Virus record (IMG/VR): IMGVR_UViG_3300049841_000045
Span: 1 to 56,858 of that record
DNA from: a virus
Taxonomy: Duplodnaviria; Caudoviricetes
Length of the DNA stretch: 56,858 nucleotides
Reading direction: 5' to 3' (one strand)
Position 1 is the stretch's first letter; every line of letters starts with the position of its first letter. The position numbers were made by a program, and so were the translations under genes. Positions 34,353 to 42,691 of this stretch are shown piece after piece. A model generated the notes under the pieces. The model made no database searches, was not told where the DNA came from, and was given only the letters and a program-made list of their open reading frames with translations.

Positions 34353-36412
34353 TCGAGCCATGACTCCTCCTCGGCGATGATCAGATTTAGAGAGACGCGC
34401 GTACCGTGTATGTACGCCAGTTTCCGCGCACTCAATCCCTCGAGTGCGCGCATGCAATCGCGCCGCCGCATGTCGCGCTCTCCTCGCCCCGGCGCAGGCA
34501 ACCGCTCCACAGCCTCGGTTAGCAGATCGTCTTGTTCTATACTGCCGCCCGCGGCCAAGCCCTTCAGCACATCATAGAGAATAATCTGCTTAGCCCCGGT
34601 GGGTTTGGGCTTGCGCTCCGGGAGTGGCTTCCGTGGAGTATCGTCAATGTGCTGGACGACGCAGCTCGACTCCTCCTCATCCTCCTCGTCGTACCCCAGC
34701 GATACAACCTGTAACTTGAACCCGAGCCGGGCGCCGTCCTGTCCGTCCTTCATCTTGGTGACAACGGCCAGCCGTGCTTCCTCGTTGCGGCTCACCTCGA
34801 TCTCCGCATCCGCCGCGGCCTTCAGGCCGCTCCAGCCTCGCGCCCCCTTGGAGGCATCCTTGCCGGCGTGGTGGATCAGGATAACCAGCGCGTTTGTCGC
34901 CTTATGAACTGCCTTGCAATGCGCCAGCACCTGTCCCATGTCTTCGCCAGAGTTTTCGTTGGCCCCGGGGGTCGTTGCCGACAAGGTATCGATGACCACC
35001 ACGTCAAACTGGCCTCGGGAAAGGATGCCCAGTGCCAGTGCACTCGCGTCCTTGGCTTTGAGGAGGTTGGGACTATCTGGAATGACCGCTGGCATATCGC
35101 GCATCTCACACTCGTGCGCTTGCGCGTAAGCTCTAAGACGAGACCTAAACCCGCCCGTGCCCTCGGCGCATACGTATACCACCCGACCGGGCTGAACCTT
35201 GCGCCCACGCCACTGGAGACCACGGGTGATGGAGGCGCAGATGTCAAGTGCCAGGAATGACTTACCACTGCCTGATTCTCCGTATATGACGCATAACTCC
35301 GCGCGCGGGAGTACCCCACGCACGATCCATTCCATCGGCTTACCCGATGTGAATTCCTCGGCCGGTACGGGAACGAACCGGCCCGCTGGCGCATCGTCCT
35401 TCAGCTCGCCTAAGTCCGCGAACTCCTTCTCCGCGACCATCTGGTTGATCTCGGGTAGAGTGTGCACGTACTCGAGCATCGCCTTGTATGACGGACGCTC
35501 CGTGATAGGTTGATCGTCATCTTCCTGAATGTCGCGATCGCCGAAGCGATGCAGTCTGACCAGGTCGAACGCATTGTGCTGCCCTCGAGCTACGTCCGTA
35601 TCATGGTGGGAATGGAGCTTCAACCCCTCGTCATAGACGATTGCCCCCTCCGGGCGTGAACCGCCGATGTAGGTCCAGCGTTCCGGGTTGCTCGTCGGGG
35701 TGTATGGTAGATTGAAACGAGCAATCGCTTCAGGAATGCTAAACGTTCGGCAAAAATCGCCAACGATTCCGGGCTTCTCATTGGGGGGTTGCTGAGGCTC
35801 GCGCACAAGATGCAGACCGTCGTGTGACTTGCGACGCGGCCACTCACTGACATCGGTCCAGTCCTTGTATTGAGTGAGGATGGTGTCCACATCGATCCAT
35901 ACTCCTTCGTTGACATGCGCGACGTGCTCCCCGTCCGCCCGAATCGCGGGATTGAACATGCACTGCGCGGGAACGAAGCTCTCGCGCGCGATGAGTTCGA
36001 TCCCCACTTCGGCGGCGACCTTGCGCGCCACCGCCTGGAACTCATCGTACCCCGCCGGGCGGGATAGCGGCAGCACGACGCGAAACCGCCACTTCTCGCG
36101 CGTATGCGAGAACGTCGTGTAGAGGGCGTACGCGTACTTGGCCCATTTCAGCGCCACCTCGCCTGCGGTCTCATCGCCAACGTGATCAAAATCGAAGGTG
36201 ATGGCGTGCCGGGAAACGAAGTTGTCGCTATGCCGATGCTCGTTCTCGAACTCGGCGGGGCAGTACCAGCCTACGGAGTCCTTGCTGGCGGCGACGGGGG
36301 GCTTGCGGGTGAGCCACGCTGAGAACTGGGCCCAGGAGGTATGCCGAACCTTGGTGATCCCGGCTAAGTTCGATGACTCGCCGAAACTAACGACCAGCTT
36401 GCGCTCGGGCAT
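34349..36412 (-). CDS. Primase-helicase (N-terminal primase-like domain plus RepA/AAA_25 SF4 helicase)
   Basis: TFDFD, YTTFSH...RFRVVLPLSR; YGESGSGKSF, YVCAEG, VVIDTL, IHHAGKD..KGARGWS.L.AAAD. Confidence 0.92.
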   Translation of the reverse strand: MPERKLVVSFGESSNLAGITKVRHTSWAQFSAWLTRKPPVAASKDSVGWYCPAEFENEHRHSDNFVSRHAITFDFDHVGDETAGEVALKWAKYAYALYTTFSHTREKWRFRVVLPLSRPAGYDEFQAVARKVAAEVGIELIARESFVPAQCMFNPAIRADGEHVAHVNEGVWIDVDTILTQYKDWTDVSEWPRRKSHDGLHLVREPQQPPNEKPGIVGDFCRTFSIPEAIARFNLPYTPTSNPERWTYIGGSRPEGAIVYDEGLKLHSHHDTDVARGQHNAFDLVRLHRFGDRDIQEDDDQPITERPSYKAMLEYVHTLPEINQMVAEKEFADLGELKDDAPAGRFVPVPAEEFTSGKPMEWIVRGVLPRAELCVIYGESGSGKSFLALDICASITRGLQWRGRKVQPGRVVYVCAEGTGGFRSRLRAYAQAHECEMRDMPAVIPDSPNLLKAKDASALALGILSRGQFDVVVIDTLSATTPGANENSGEDMGQVLAHCKAVHKATNALVILIHHAGKDASKGARGWSGLKAAADAEIEVSRNEEARLAVVTKMKDGQDGARLGFKLQVVSLGYDEEDEEESSCVVQHIDDTPRKPLPERKPKPTGAKQIILYDVLKGLAAGGSIEQDDLLTEAVERLPAPGRGERDMRRRDCMRALEGLSARKLAYIHGTRVSLNLIIAEEESWLE

Positions 36413-36445
36413 TTGGGGTTTGCTTTTCTGGCCGCGGGTTGTTTA

Positions 36446-37111
36446 TTATAACGGGTTTCGACCAGAACGGGCCAAGTATTTCAGCAGCTTCGCGGTACGC
36501 CGTTTAACAGTACGGTAGGGGACGAACGAGAAAAGAGCGTACTCCTCCTGAGTCATCGGCTCGCACCCTAGGCCATAAAGATGCCGCAGCATATCTTGGT
36601 CTTGGGGGTTGCGCAATTGACGCAGTAACTGAACGACGTACGCTTCCCGTTCGGCCTGGCAAACCTCTTCCAGCGGGTTATCCAGCGTCTCGGGCGCATC
36701 GGCGTAGGCGAGCCGGGATTCGTACCCCCTGTCAACGTACTCGTCAGGGCTCAAGTCCGCCCACCGGGCTTCACAGTACGGCTCGCCGTGGATCGTCTGC
36801 ATGCCCACCCGGGCATCCCTGCCGCCCACCATGCCGCCGATCTCCTGCCGCAAGTGATTGAGAATCACCCCCCGGGCGTTGGAGATGATCCACGTGGCGA
36901 ACGTGCCCTCGAGGGGTTGCCAGGAATGGACCGCCTCGAGCCCCGCCAGCATGGCCTCCTGAGCTAGATCATCCCCAATCTCCGGGCTCAACTGTCCCCG
37001 CTGCTTCATGCGCCCGACGAGAAAGCCGATCAACGGCGGGACTTGGGCGCCCAATACGCCCCAGTCCTCCCGGTCCCGCGCCGCGGCTAGCTGTTCGTGA
37101 TTGAGATCCAT
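36446..37111 (-). CDS. Phage-encoded sigma70-family sigma factor
   Basis: [25 protein letters not shown]...ARG.I...LR (region 2); L...D..ML...YGL...PMTQEE.A....V....VKR...K.L (region 4). Confidence 0.85.
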   Translation of the reverse strand: MDLNHEQLAAARDREDWGVLGAQVPPLIGFLVGRMKQRGQLSPEIGDDLAQEAMLAGLEAVHSWQPLEGTFATWIISNARGVILNHLRQEIGGMVGGRDARVGMQTIHGEPYCEARWADLSPDEYVDRGYESRLAYADAPETLDNPLEEVCQAEREAYVVQLLRQLRNPQDQDMLRHLYGLGCEPMTQEEYALFSFVPYRTVKRRTAKLLKYLARSGRNPL

Positions 37112-37790
37112 TCTTGTTTCGCCTTGTCCAATCCAACCCTAGGTGCCTGATGATCTGGCGTACGGTCTCCGGCGCCCACGTCGACCCGGATACTGTTCGC
37201 AGCCCGCTCTGATTCAGGGCCTCGGCCATGCCGCGTAGGCTCACCTCGGCGGCGATCGCTTGGAGGATAGCCTGCCGGTAGGGCTCGACTCGGATCGCCA
37301 CAGCGGCTCTCTGGAGAGCTCTGGCATCGGCTAGCCGCGGATTACCCAGTCGCTTACCCCGGGCCTTGGCAGCCTTCAATGCCGCCTTTGTGCGCTGCGA
37401 TATGACCGCCCGTTCTTTTTCGGCGAGGGCCGCGAACAGGTGGAGCATGAAGGGGTCGGCCTGCCGGCCCAGATCGCAGGCGATGAACTCGACGCACTGC
37501 ACCATGAGCCCGGAGATGAAGTATACGTCGCGGGACAGCCGGTCCAGCTTCGAGACGATGACCGGGCCGGGGAGAGTCCTGGCCGCGGCCAGCGCCTTGC
37601 CGAGTTCGGGCCGCCTGGCGAGAGTATCGGATACCCGCTTGCCCGACTCGACCTCGGTGAACGTGTGCACGAGATCGAACCCTTCTCGTTCCGCAAACGA
37701 TCGGATGGCCTCGGCCTGGGCCTCGAGCCCCAGGCCAGACCGCCCCTGCTCGCGGGTTGAGACTCTGAGATAGGCAACGGCTTGGGTCAT
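36969..37790 (-). CDS. Serine recombinase (resolvase/invertase catalytic domain plus short recombinase DNA-binding domain)
   Basis: [59 protein letters not shown]...TV. Likely start 37790; the C-terminal tail overlaps the sigma gene. Confidence 0.93.
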   Translation of the reverse strand: MTQAVAYLRVSTREQGRSGLGLEAQAEAIRSFAEREGFDLVHTFTEVESGKRVSDTLARRPELGKALAAARTLPGPVIVSKLDRLSRDVYFISGLMVQCVEFIACDLGRQADPFMLHLFAALAEKERAVISQRTKAALKAAKARGKRLGNPRLADARALQRAAVAIRVEPYRQAILQAIAAEVSLRGMAEALNQSGLRTVSGSTWAPETVRQIIRHLGLDWTRRNKNGSQSRTASRGAGPGGLGRIGRPSPAVDRLSRRAHEAAGTVEPGDWG

Positions 37791-38146
37791 TTTTTGTTGT
37801 GCCTCAGCCGCTCCAGCTCCGCGAGGATGACGGAGGCGTATTCCTCTTGTTTGAACTTCGTAGTGACGGGACAATCTGATTGGTCCCAGACGTCCGCGAA
37901 CCACCTCAACCACCTCTCCGCCTCCTCCAGCGTAGGCCGCGAGACCGACGCGCCTGCAACACCAGCACACTCGGGGGAAGGCGCAGCAGCACGCTGTGAT
38001 GCAAGCGCATCGGCCTCGCGGTTGACTCGGGATACGCAGTAAACGATCTGCCCCACCGCATGCCTAACGACAGGATCACGCAGAATCTCAAACTGTGAGT
38101 TCAGTTCTCGCTCCAGCACCTTAAACATCTCGCGTGCGTCCATCAT
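37787..38146 (-). CDS. Hypothetical early protein
   Basis: Coupled ORF in the early gene train. Confidence 0.55.
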   Translation of the reverse strand: MMDAREMFKVLERELNSQFEILRDPVVRHAVGQIVYCVSRVNREADALASQRAAAPSPECAGVAGASVSRPTLEEAERWLRWFADVWDQSDCPVTTKFKQEEYASVILAELERLRHNKK

Positions 38147-38346
38147 CACTTCCCCTTGGGCTCTTTTCGATAGCAACAGAACTTCAGCTTTTTCCCGCTA
38201 CCGCACGCGCACGGAGAATAAAGGCGTATCTGTTGCTCGTAACGTTCCCTCGCAGTTAGGTCACGCCGGACAGGTATCAGACCGCGCTTCCGCGCATTAT
38301 CCTCGCTTTCGACGTAGTACAGTTTCCCGGTGCTAGGTTGCATCAT
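38146..38346 (-). CDS. SEC-C motif protein
   Basis: C-terminal PCACGSGKKLKFCC. Confidence 0.8.
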   Translation of the reverse strand: MMQPSTGKLYYVESEDNARKRGLIPVRRDLTARERYEQQIRLYSPCACGSGKKLKFCCYRKEPKGK

Positions 38347-38377
38347 CGGTTCCCCTTGGGCTTGTTGAAGGCGTCCA

Positions 38378-38461
38378 TCATCTATCTCCAGAAGAAAACT
38401 CCACCACCAGGACAAAGCCTACCAGCAGGATCACACCCCATAAGAAGTCACTTAGCTGCAT
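38378..38461 (-). CDS. Tiny membrane peptide (27 aa)
   Basis: GGGGAG SD; MQLSDFLWGVILLVGFVLVVEFSSGDR. Confidence 0.45.
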   Translation of the reverse strand: MQLSDFLWGVILLVGFVLVVEFSSGDR

Positions 38462-38837
38462 GTTCGCTCCCCTGCTCGCGCGCGATGGCGGCTTGAACCT
38501 TAACTAATCCGTACAGATATCTGTCCGCGGCGTAATAGGCTGCCTCGGCGTGCGCGTTCTTGGCGGCAGTTTTGAAGTCTGCCGGGCACAGTTGCCAGAG
38601 CCGCTCGCGCACTGTCTCGATGACCTTCCTCGCGCTGGCGAGTTCGGCGTTCTGCTCCGCGATGGTCTGCGCGTGTCGCAGGCACTCCATGCGCAGCGTG
38701 GCGAGTTCGGCGCTCAGGGATTCGATGGCGGCTGCTGCGTCCTTGCAGTCGCGCTCTACGCTATGTAGGCCGGCAGAGAACGTAACCGCCTCACAGTCGC
38801 GCAGCCTCTCGCACAGCGCGGCGTGTTCGGGGGTCAC
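38448..38837 (-). CDS. Hypothetical coiled-coil early protein
   Basis: L.ERLR...AAAAIESL pattern common in phage early genes. Confidence 0.6.
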   Translation of the reverse strand: MTPEHAALCERLRDCEAVTFSAGLHSVERDCKDAAAAIESLSAELATLRMECLRHAQTIAEQNAELASARKVIETVRERLWQLCPADFKTAAKNAHAEAAYYAADRYLYGLVKVQAAIAREQGSEHAAK

Positions 38838-39097
38838 GGCACGTCCTTCGCTGAAGTTAGCTTTTGATTCTTCCAGTTCACGTCAAAGTTGATGGCGGCC
38901 TGCTCGGGAGTATCACCGAATCCGGCAACGCCGGCCTGCAAGTCTGGGCCATGCAGCGCGCACCACCGACTCCCATCTGGGAACACGGCCGGCTTCAACA
39001 TATAGAAGGGTCGTAACATTTCGCGATAAAGATCTTCTCTCAAATTCTCGGCGTTCATGCGCGTACCGTGAAACTCGACTTCGTACTGGTGTTCCAT
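38834..39097 (-). CDS. Hypothetical early protein
   Basis: DG.RWCAL.G.DLQ.GVAGFGDTPEQA...FD, a recurring small phage family. Confidence 0.7.
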   Translation of the reverse strand: MEHQYEVEFHGTRMNAENLREDLYREMLRPFYMLKPAVFPDGSRWCALHGPDLQAGVAGFGDTPEQAAINFDVNWKNQKLTSAKDVP

Positions 39098-39309
39098 TAC
39101 GGCACATCCTTCGTGGCGGCGAGCCAGCGGTCGATTTCGTCCCCGCCTTCTTCTGCTGCGATGTAATATTCCCTAGCGTCGTCTAGCATCACCCGCGCTT
39201 CCTTCACTCGCGATTCGAGCCATTCGACGTAATCCCACCGAGGCGCTGCCATGTTGCATCCGTCAATTAAAGCAACACGCTCGCGCTCCGGCATCTTCGG
39301 CGTTGTCAT
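39097..39309 (-). CDS. Hypothetical early protein
   Basis: Coupled ORF starting MTTPKMPER. Confidence 0.5.
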   Translation of the reverse strand: MTTPKMPERERVALIDGCNMAAPRWDYVEWLESRVKEARVMLDDAREYYIAAEEGGDEIDRWLAATKDVP

Positions 39310-39512
39310 TTGATCACCGGTCCGGGATAGGGAACGCACGGGCACGTCGGCGTAGAAGGCGCGTTCCCGCGTCCACAGACTGGGCAGCGCCAGCCAGAAG
39401 AAAAAGGCAGGGGTATTGTGCTGAGCCCGCCAAGTCGAGGGCAGCCAGCATAGTGCATGACTGCCGTTCCTGTGTTTGGGCAGCCGCATTCAGGGCAGGT
39501 GGTGCCGTTCAC
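39306..39512 (-). CDS. Small Cys-rich zinc-ribbon protein
   Basis: CPECG...H..GC...GWRCPVCGRGNAP...CPC. Confidence 0.6.
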   Translation of the reverse strand: MNGTTCPECGCPNTGTAVMHYAGCPRLGGLSTIPLPFSSGWRCPVCGRGNAPSTPTCPCVPYPGPVIK

Positions 39513-39802
39513 TTGATGCCCTCCTGTTCCAGCTTGGCGAGGTAGGCGGTGAGGACACAATCGCACTCCCCTAGTGCCGAATATAGACAATCGTCCTCGT
39601 GCGTTACGTACTGCATGCCCTCCCCCAGCAGCGCCCGCAGCCGGTCGCGCTCGGCGGTTAACATGTCACGCATGCACCTAAGCGACTCAACATCGCAGTT
39701 TGAGCATTGCACTTTGCCGGGACGTACAACGTGCAAATCACAATCTTCGTAGTTACACTTACACCATTCGTTTCCGAAGCCGTCCTCGATAATGTCGCTC
39801 AC
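39509..39802 (-). CDS. Cys-rich hypothetical early protein
   Basis: W.KC....C.LHVVRPGKVQC..C and H..DC......CDC motifs. Confidence 0.6.
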   Translation of the reverse strand: MSDIIEDGFGNEWCKCNYEDCDLHVVRPGKVQCSNCDVESLRCMRDMLTAERDRLRALLGEGMQYVTHEDDCLYSALGECDCVLTAYLAKLEQEGIK

Positions 39803-39989
39803 TTCTTCCCCCCCCCCTCCGCTTCGCGTCGCGCTTGGCGAGCTGCCAGCCAAAGAACAGATCGTTCTCAAGTTGTCCTGAGTACCACCCATCTACCGTT
39901 CTATTGAAGTCCACAGCCCAGTCCTGAAACTGCTGCGTCGCCTTCATCGCCTCCTCGAACCTCTCCCGCTCACTCTTTCGCTTTGCCAT
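39759..39989 (-). CDS. Hypothetical early protein
   Basis: ERERFE......Y........F.GWQ.A pattern common in phage early genes. Confidence 0.55.
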   Translation of the reverse strand: MAKRKSERERFEEAMKATQQFQDWAVDFNRTVDGWYSGQLENDLFFGWQLAKRDAKRRGGGRSERHYRGRLRKRMV

Positions 39990-40416
39990 GTTCGGCCTCC
40001 AGTTCCGCCACGCGGGCCCGCAGACCTCTGATTACCTGCCGCATCGGCGCGACGCAGGTGCAATGCTTCTCATCGGGCGCGCACTGTTCATTGGCGACAG
40101 CGTTGTAGTCGTCCTCGTAATCAGCCACGCGGGCGCGCAGGGCTTCAATGTGTTCCGGTATCGACTTGCCGGTGTACTCCGTGATGCCAAGCGCCTTCCA
40201 TGATCTAGCGCAGCAGCAGTCCTTGCAGTGCTCTTCGTCCTGAATAACTAGATCTTGGTAGCGCGATGCTATGTAGTCGTAGTTTGCCGTCAGCCTCGCA
40301 ATCTCCTCCCGCTGCTCGGCGAGGGCGGAGGCGGCCTCTGGCAGTGCATGCGCTGCTACCAGATGTACACTTTCGTCGCCATTAAGCCAGTGAATCAGCG
40401 CGTCGATGTCGGTCAT
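39970..40416 (-). CDS. Coiled-coil early protein with Cys clusters
   Basis: HCKDCCC...ITEYTGKSIPEHI..LR and DEKHCTCV; likely start 40416. Confidence 0.6.
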   Translation of the reverse strand: MTDIDALIHWLNGDESVHLVAAHALPEAASALAEQREEIARLTANYDYIASRYQDLVIQDEEHCKDCCCARSWKALGITEYTGKSIPEHIEALRARVADYEDDYNAVANEQCAPDEKHCTCVAPMRQVIRGLRARVAELEAEHGKAKE

Positions 40417-40499
40417 TTCCGCGTCCCCAGCCACAGGGCAAATGACAGGAAGGCCAATAACGCCACAGCGCAGATCGCGAATGCTTCGTTGTCGGTCAT
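40413..40499 (-). CDS. Tiny membrane peptide (28 aa)
   Basis: MTDNEAFAICAVALLAFLSFALWLGTRK, ATGA-coupled at both ends. Confidence 0.55.
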   Translation of the reverse strand: MTDNEAFAICAVALLAFLSFALWLGTRK

Positions 40500-40597
40500 A
40501 GCAGTATCCCCCACATCGCCACGACGATGATCGCCGTGAGGATCATGGCCACCCAGAAACCAGGGGTGCGGTCGAATAGTATCTTCAGCCAGTTCAT
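40496..40597 (-). CDS. Tiny membrane peptide (33 aa)
   Basis: GGAG SD; MNWLKILFDRTPGFWVAMILTAIIVVAMWGILL, ATGA-coupled. Confidence 0.55.
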   Translation of the reverse strand: MNWLKILFDRTPGFWVAMILTAIIVVAMWGILL

Positions 40598-40827
40598 TTT
40601 CTCTCCGCGGTTGGGGATGTCTCATTCAACGCGCGCCACTGTGCTACCGTCAACTCGCACTTGTCAAGTCCTTTTAACACTTCCGCCCAGGTTGGGGATG
40701 TCCATGCAACGATCGTGCCGGCCGCGAGGTCGAACAGTTGGTCGACATGCGGGCCGGATTCGAGCACGACACGTCGCACTTTCCTATGCGCGTGATCGAC
40801 CAGTGGATCAGGTTTACGATTGTTCAT
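40594..40827 (-). CDS. Hypothetical early protein
   Basis: GAGAGGAG upstream; starts MNNRKPDPL. Confidence 0.5.
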   Translation of the reverse strand: MNNRKPDPLVDHAHRKVRRVVLESGPHVDQLFDLAAGTIVAWTSPTWAEVLKGLDKCELTVAQWRALNETSPTAERK

Positions 40828-40866
40828 GGGTTGGGGATGTCTCCTCTCCCCAAGGTTGGGGATGTC
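40609..40866 (-). repeat. Four copies of the 13-mer GACATCCCCAACC
   Basis: ggttggggatgtc at 40609, 40690, 40829 and 40854. Confidence 0.9.
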
Positions 40867-41075
40867 AGTGCACGTGTCTCGCGATCGCGCCGCGTCTCGA
40901 CCCATTGCAGCCGGGCCCGCAACGCGCGGTTCTTACCCTGTAGCTCGCGGACGACAGTACGCATGGCCGCGAGCCTGCGGCGGTACTCCTCGCACGCAAG
41001 CAACAGCGCGCGTTCGCTCGCGCGGCCAGCCAGGGGGCGCTTGCCTGGCTGACCGTTGAGGTTACGGGCTGGCAT
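40824..41075 (-). CDS. Hypothetical basic coiled-coil protein
   Basis: 83-aa ORF filling the gap in the early gene train. Confidence 0.45.
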   Translation of the reverse strand: MPARNLNGQPGKRPLAGRASERALLLACEEYRRRLAAMRTVVRELQGKNRALRARLQWVETRRDRETRALTSPTLGRGDIPNP

Positions 41076-41080
41076 CGGTG

Positions 41081-41455
41081 CTAGGCTTGCGCAATCCTGC
41101 CGGCATCGGTCACGTACAGATCCCGCTCGCCGGAATTGTGCGCGGCCAGCGTCAATGCGTCGCCGATAGCGCCTAGGCCACGATCCCAGAATCCGGCGCC
41201 GTGCCCATTGCGCGTTAGCCAGAAGTCATGCCCGGCTTGCGCCGCGTCCAAGTCTGCCAATAGCACGCAATTAGCGTCGCAGAAGTCTCTGCACTCAGAC
41301 AACATCGCTTCGAGCGTGTCTGATTCGATGTCATCAATGCCATAGGTCGCGTCCAAAGGCTCGTCCGTATCGTCCATCGACGACCACAACGCACACTCCA
41401 GATACGCATTGAAAAACGTATCCGGGCCGCCCGTGTATTCAAATTTGGTTTTCAT
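41081..41455 (-). CDS. Acidic conserved phage early protein
   Basis: AYLECALWSS...AGHDFWLTRNGHGAGFWDR motif; Asp/Glu-rich. Confidence 0.75.
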   Translation of the reverse strand: MKTKFEYTGGPDTFFNAYLECALWSSMDDTDEPLDATYGIDDIESDTLEAMLSECRDFCDANCVLLADLDAAQAGHDFWLTRNGHGAGFWDRGLGAIGDALTLAAHNSGERDLYVTDAGRIAQA

Positions 41456-41931
41456 GGCGCCGCCTTGCGCATCGCGCGCCACACGAGCACGGAATGCGTG
41501 CGCGCATCCAGCGCGGACTTCTTCAAATCGTCATCGTAGCCGTTGCCTTCCAGATCATCGCCAAGGAACCCGAAGCACGAATCTGCATGCTTCCATTCCC
41601 TGTCTACCTCATCGAAGTATTCGGCGACCAATCCCCACACCCCCTCACGGTTGCAGCGTGCCAGGAACTCGGCGCGCTCGCGTTCGATTCGCTCCCGCGG
41701 AATGTCGCGGTTTACTTCAGGGTTGAAGCAGTCACCGCATAGATCATCGAAGTCTGAGGCATCGTGAGGCACGGCGCGCAGTCTCACGCAATGCGTAGTG
41801 TCCGGCTTGTCATGTTCGCCGGCCTCACGGCGCCAGAACGCGTAGTACAAGCGCGCATGGCGCATCGCTTCAGCGGCGCGCCAGCCTTTCGCGCGGTACT
41901 TTTCGTATTCACGTTTGATTGTGGGTCGCAT
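41452..41931 (-). CDS. Conserved phage early protein
   Basis: GAGGAG SD; GVWG...EY......W...DSCFGF.G motif. Confidence 0.7.
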   Translation of the reverse strand: MRPTIKREYEKYRAKGWRAAEAMRHARLYYAFWRREAGEHDKPDTTHCVRLRAVPHDASDFDDLCGDCFNPEVNRDIPRERIERERAEFLARCNREGVWGLVAEYFDEVDREWKHADSCFGFLGDDLEGNGYDDDLKKSALDARTHSVLVWRAMRKAAP

Positions 41932-41946
41932 GGTGTGATTCTCCTC

Positions 41947-42462
41947 TCAATCGAAATACCGGCCAGCCAGGCGCGCGCCGAATTCCTTGCGGAAGTGACG
42001 GCGCAGCCAGTCGCCGGGAGAAACTAACTGAATTTGCCCGTTGATTGCATATTGCGCGCCCCCGACCCCATCACGGTGGCGCGGCTGTGGCATCGCATGC
42101 TGACGCGTCCATTCCCACAGCGCAGACGACAACACAGCGCACGCGGCGCGGCGGTACTCGGTGGGGAAGTACTGGCCGGTGCAGTAGTCGAGCCGCACGC
42201 GACCATCGGGCATGCGCTCGCACGTTAACCGGCCGCTGAACGCATTCGGGAACGCGCGCAGTAAATCCTCGCCGGTGAGACTGTCGCGCCACATGACGGC
42301 GCGCAGCAACGTTCCCGCATCGTGCAAGTCGCGCGTAACCTGCCGCGACTCGCTTCGGTAATCTTTCCAGCTACCGTAATTGCCCGGCTCAATGCCGGGG
42401 CGCTGGTGGATGAAAGCCGTAAGGCCTTCGATGATCTGGGTTTTGAGTGTGTGTGTGCTCAT
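41947..42462 (-). CDS. Conserved phage early protein
   Basis: GGAG SD; FI.QRPG.E..NYG...YRSE.R...AFSGRL...YCTGQYFPTEYR.AAC.VL motif. Confidence 0.75.
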   Translation of the reverse strand: MSTHTLKTQIIEGLTAFIHQRPGIEPGNYGSWKDYRSESRQVTRDLHDAGTLLRAVMWRDSLTGEDLLRAFPNAFSGRLTCERMPDGRVRLDYCTGQYFPTEYRRAACAVLSSALWEWTRQHAMPQPRHRDGVGGAQYAINGQIQLVSPGDWLRRHFRKEFGARLAGRYFD

Positions 42463-42479
42463 GTCTGCAATTCTCCGGA

Positions 42480-42617
42480 TTACTCAATGAGTGATGAAAG
42501 GAACAGCAGGGCAAGGACAATCAGCAGGATGACTATCCCCTGCCGGTTCTCGGCTTGCCGCATGCGCTGCTCCAGCGTGTAGAACGCCACCGGGCCGCGC
42601 CAGCGCCGGGGCTTCAT
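42480..42617 (-). CDS. Small protein with C-terminal TM helix (45 aa)
   Basis: MKPRRWRGPVAFYTLEQRMRQAENRQGIVILLIVLALLFLSSLIE. Confidence 0.5.
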   Translation of the reverse strand: MKPRRWRGPVAFYTLEQRMRQAENRQGIVILLIVLALLFLSSLIE

Positions 42618-42688
42618 CGCAGCACCAGTAAGGCATAGATCGGCGCCAGCAGACCGGCCAGGAGCCCCAGACGGGTTAATGCGTTCAT
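42614..42688 (-). CDS. Tiny hydrophobic peptide (24 aa)
   Basis: GAGGAG SD; MNALTRLGLLAGLLAPIYALLVLR. Confidence 0.45.
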   Translation of the reverse strand: MNALTRLGLLAGLLAPIYALLVLR

Positions 42689-42691
42689 GGG

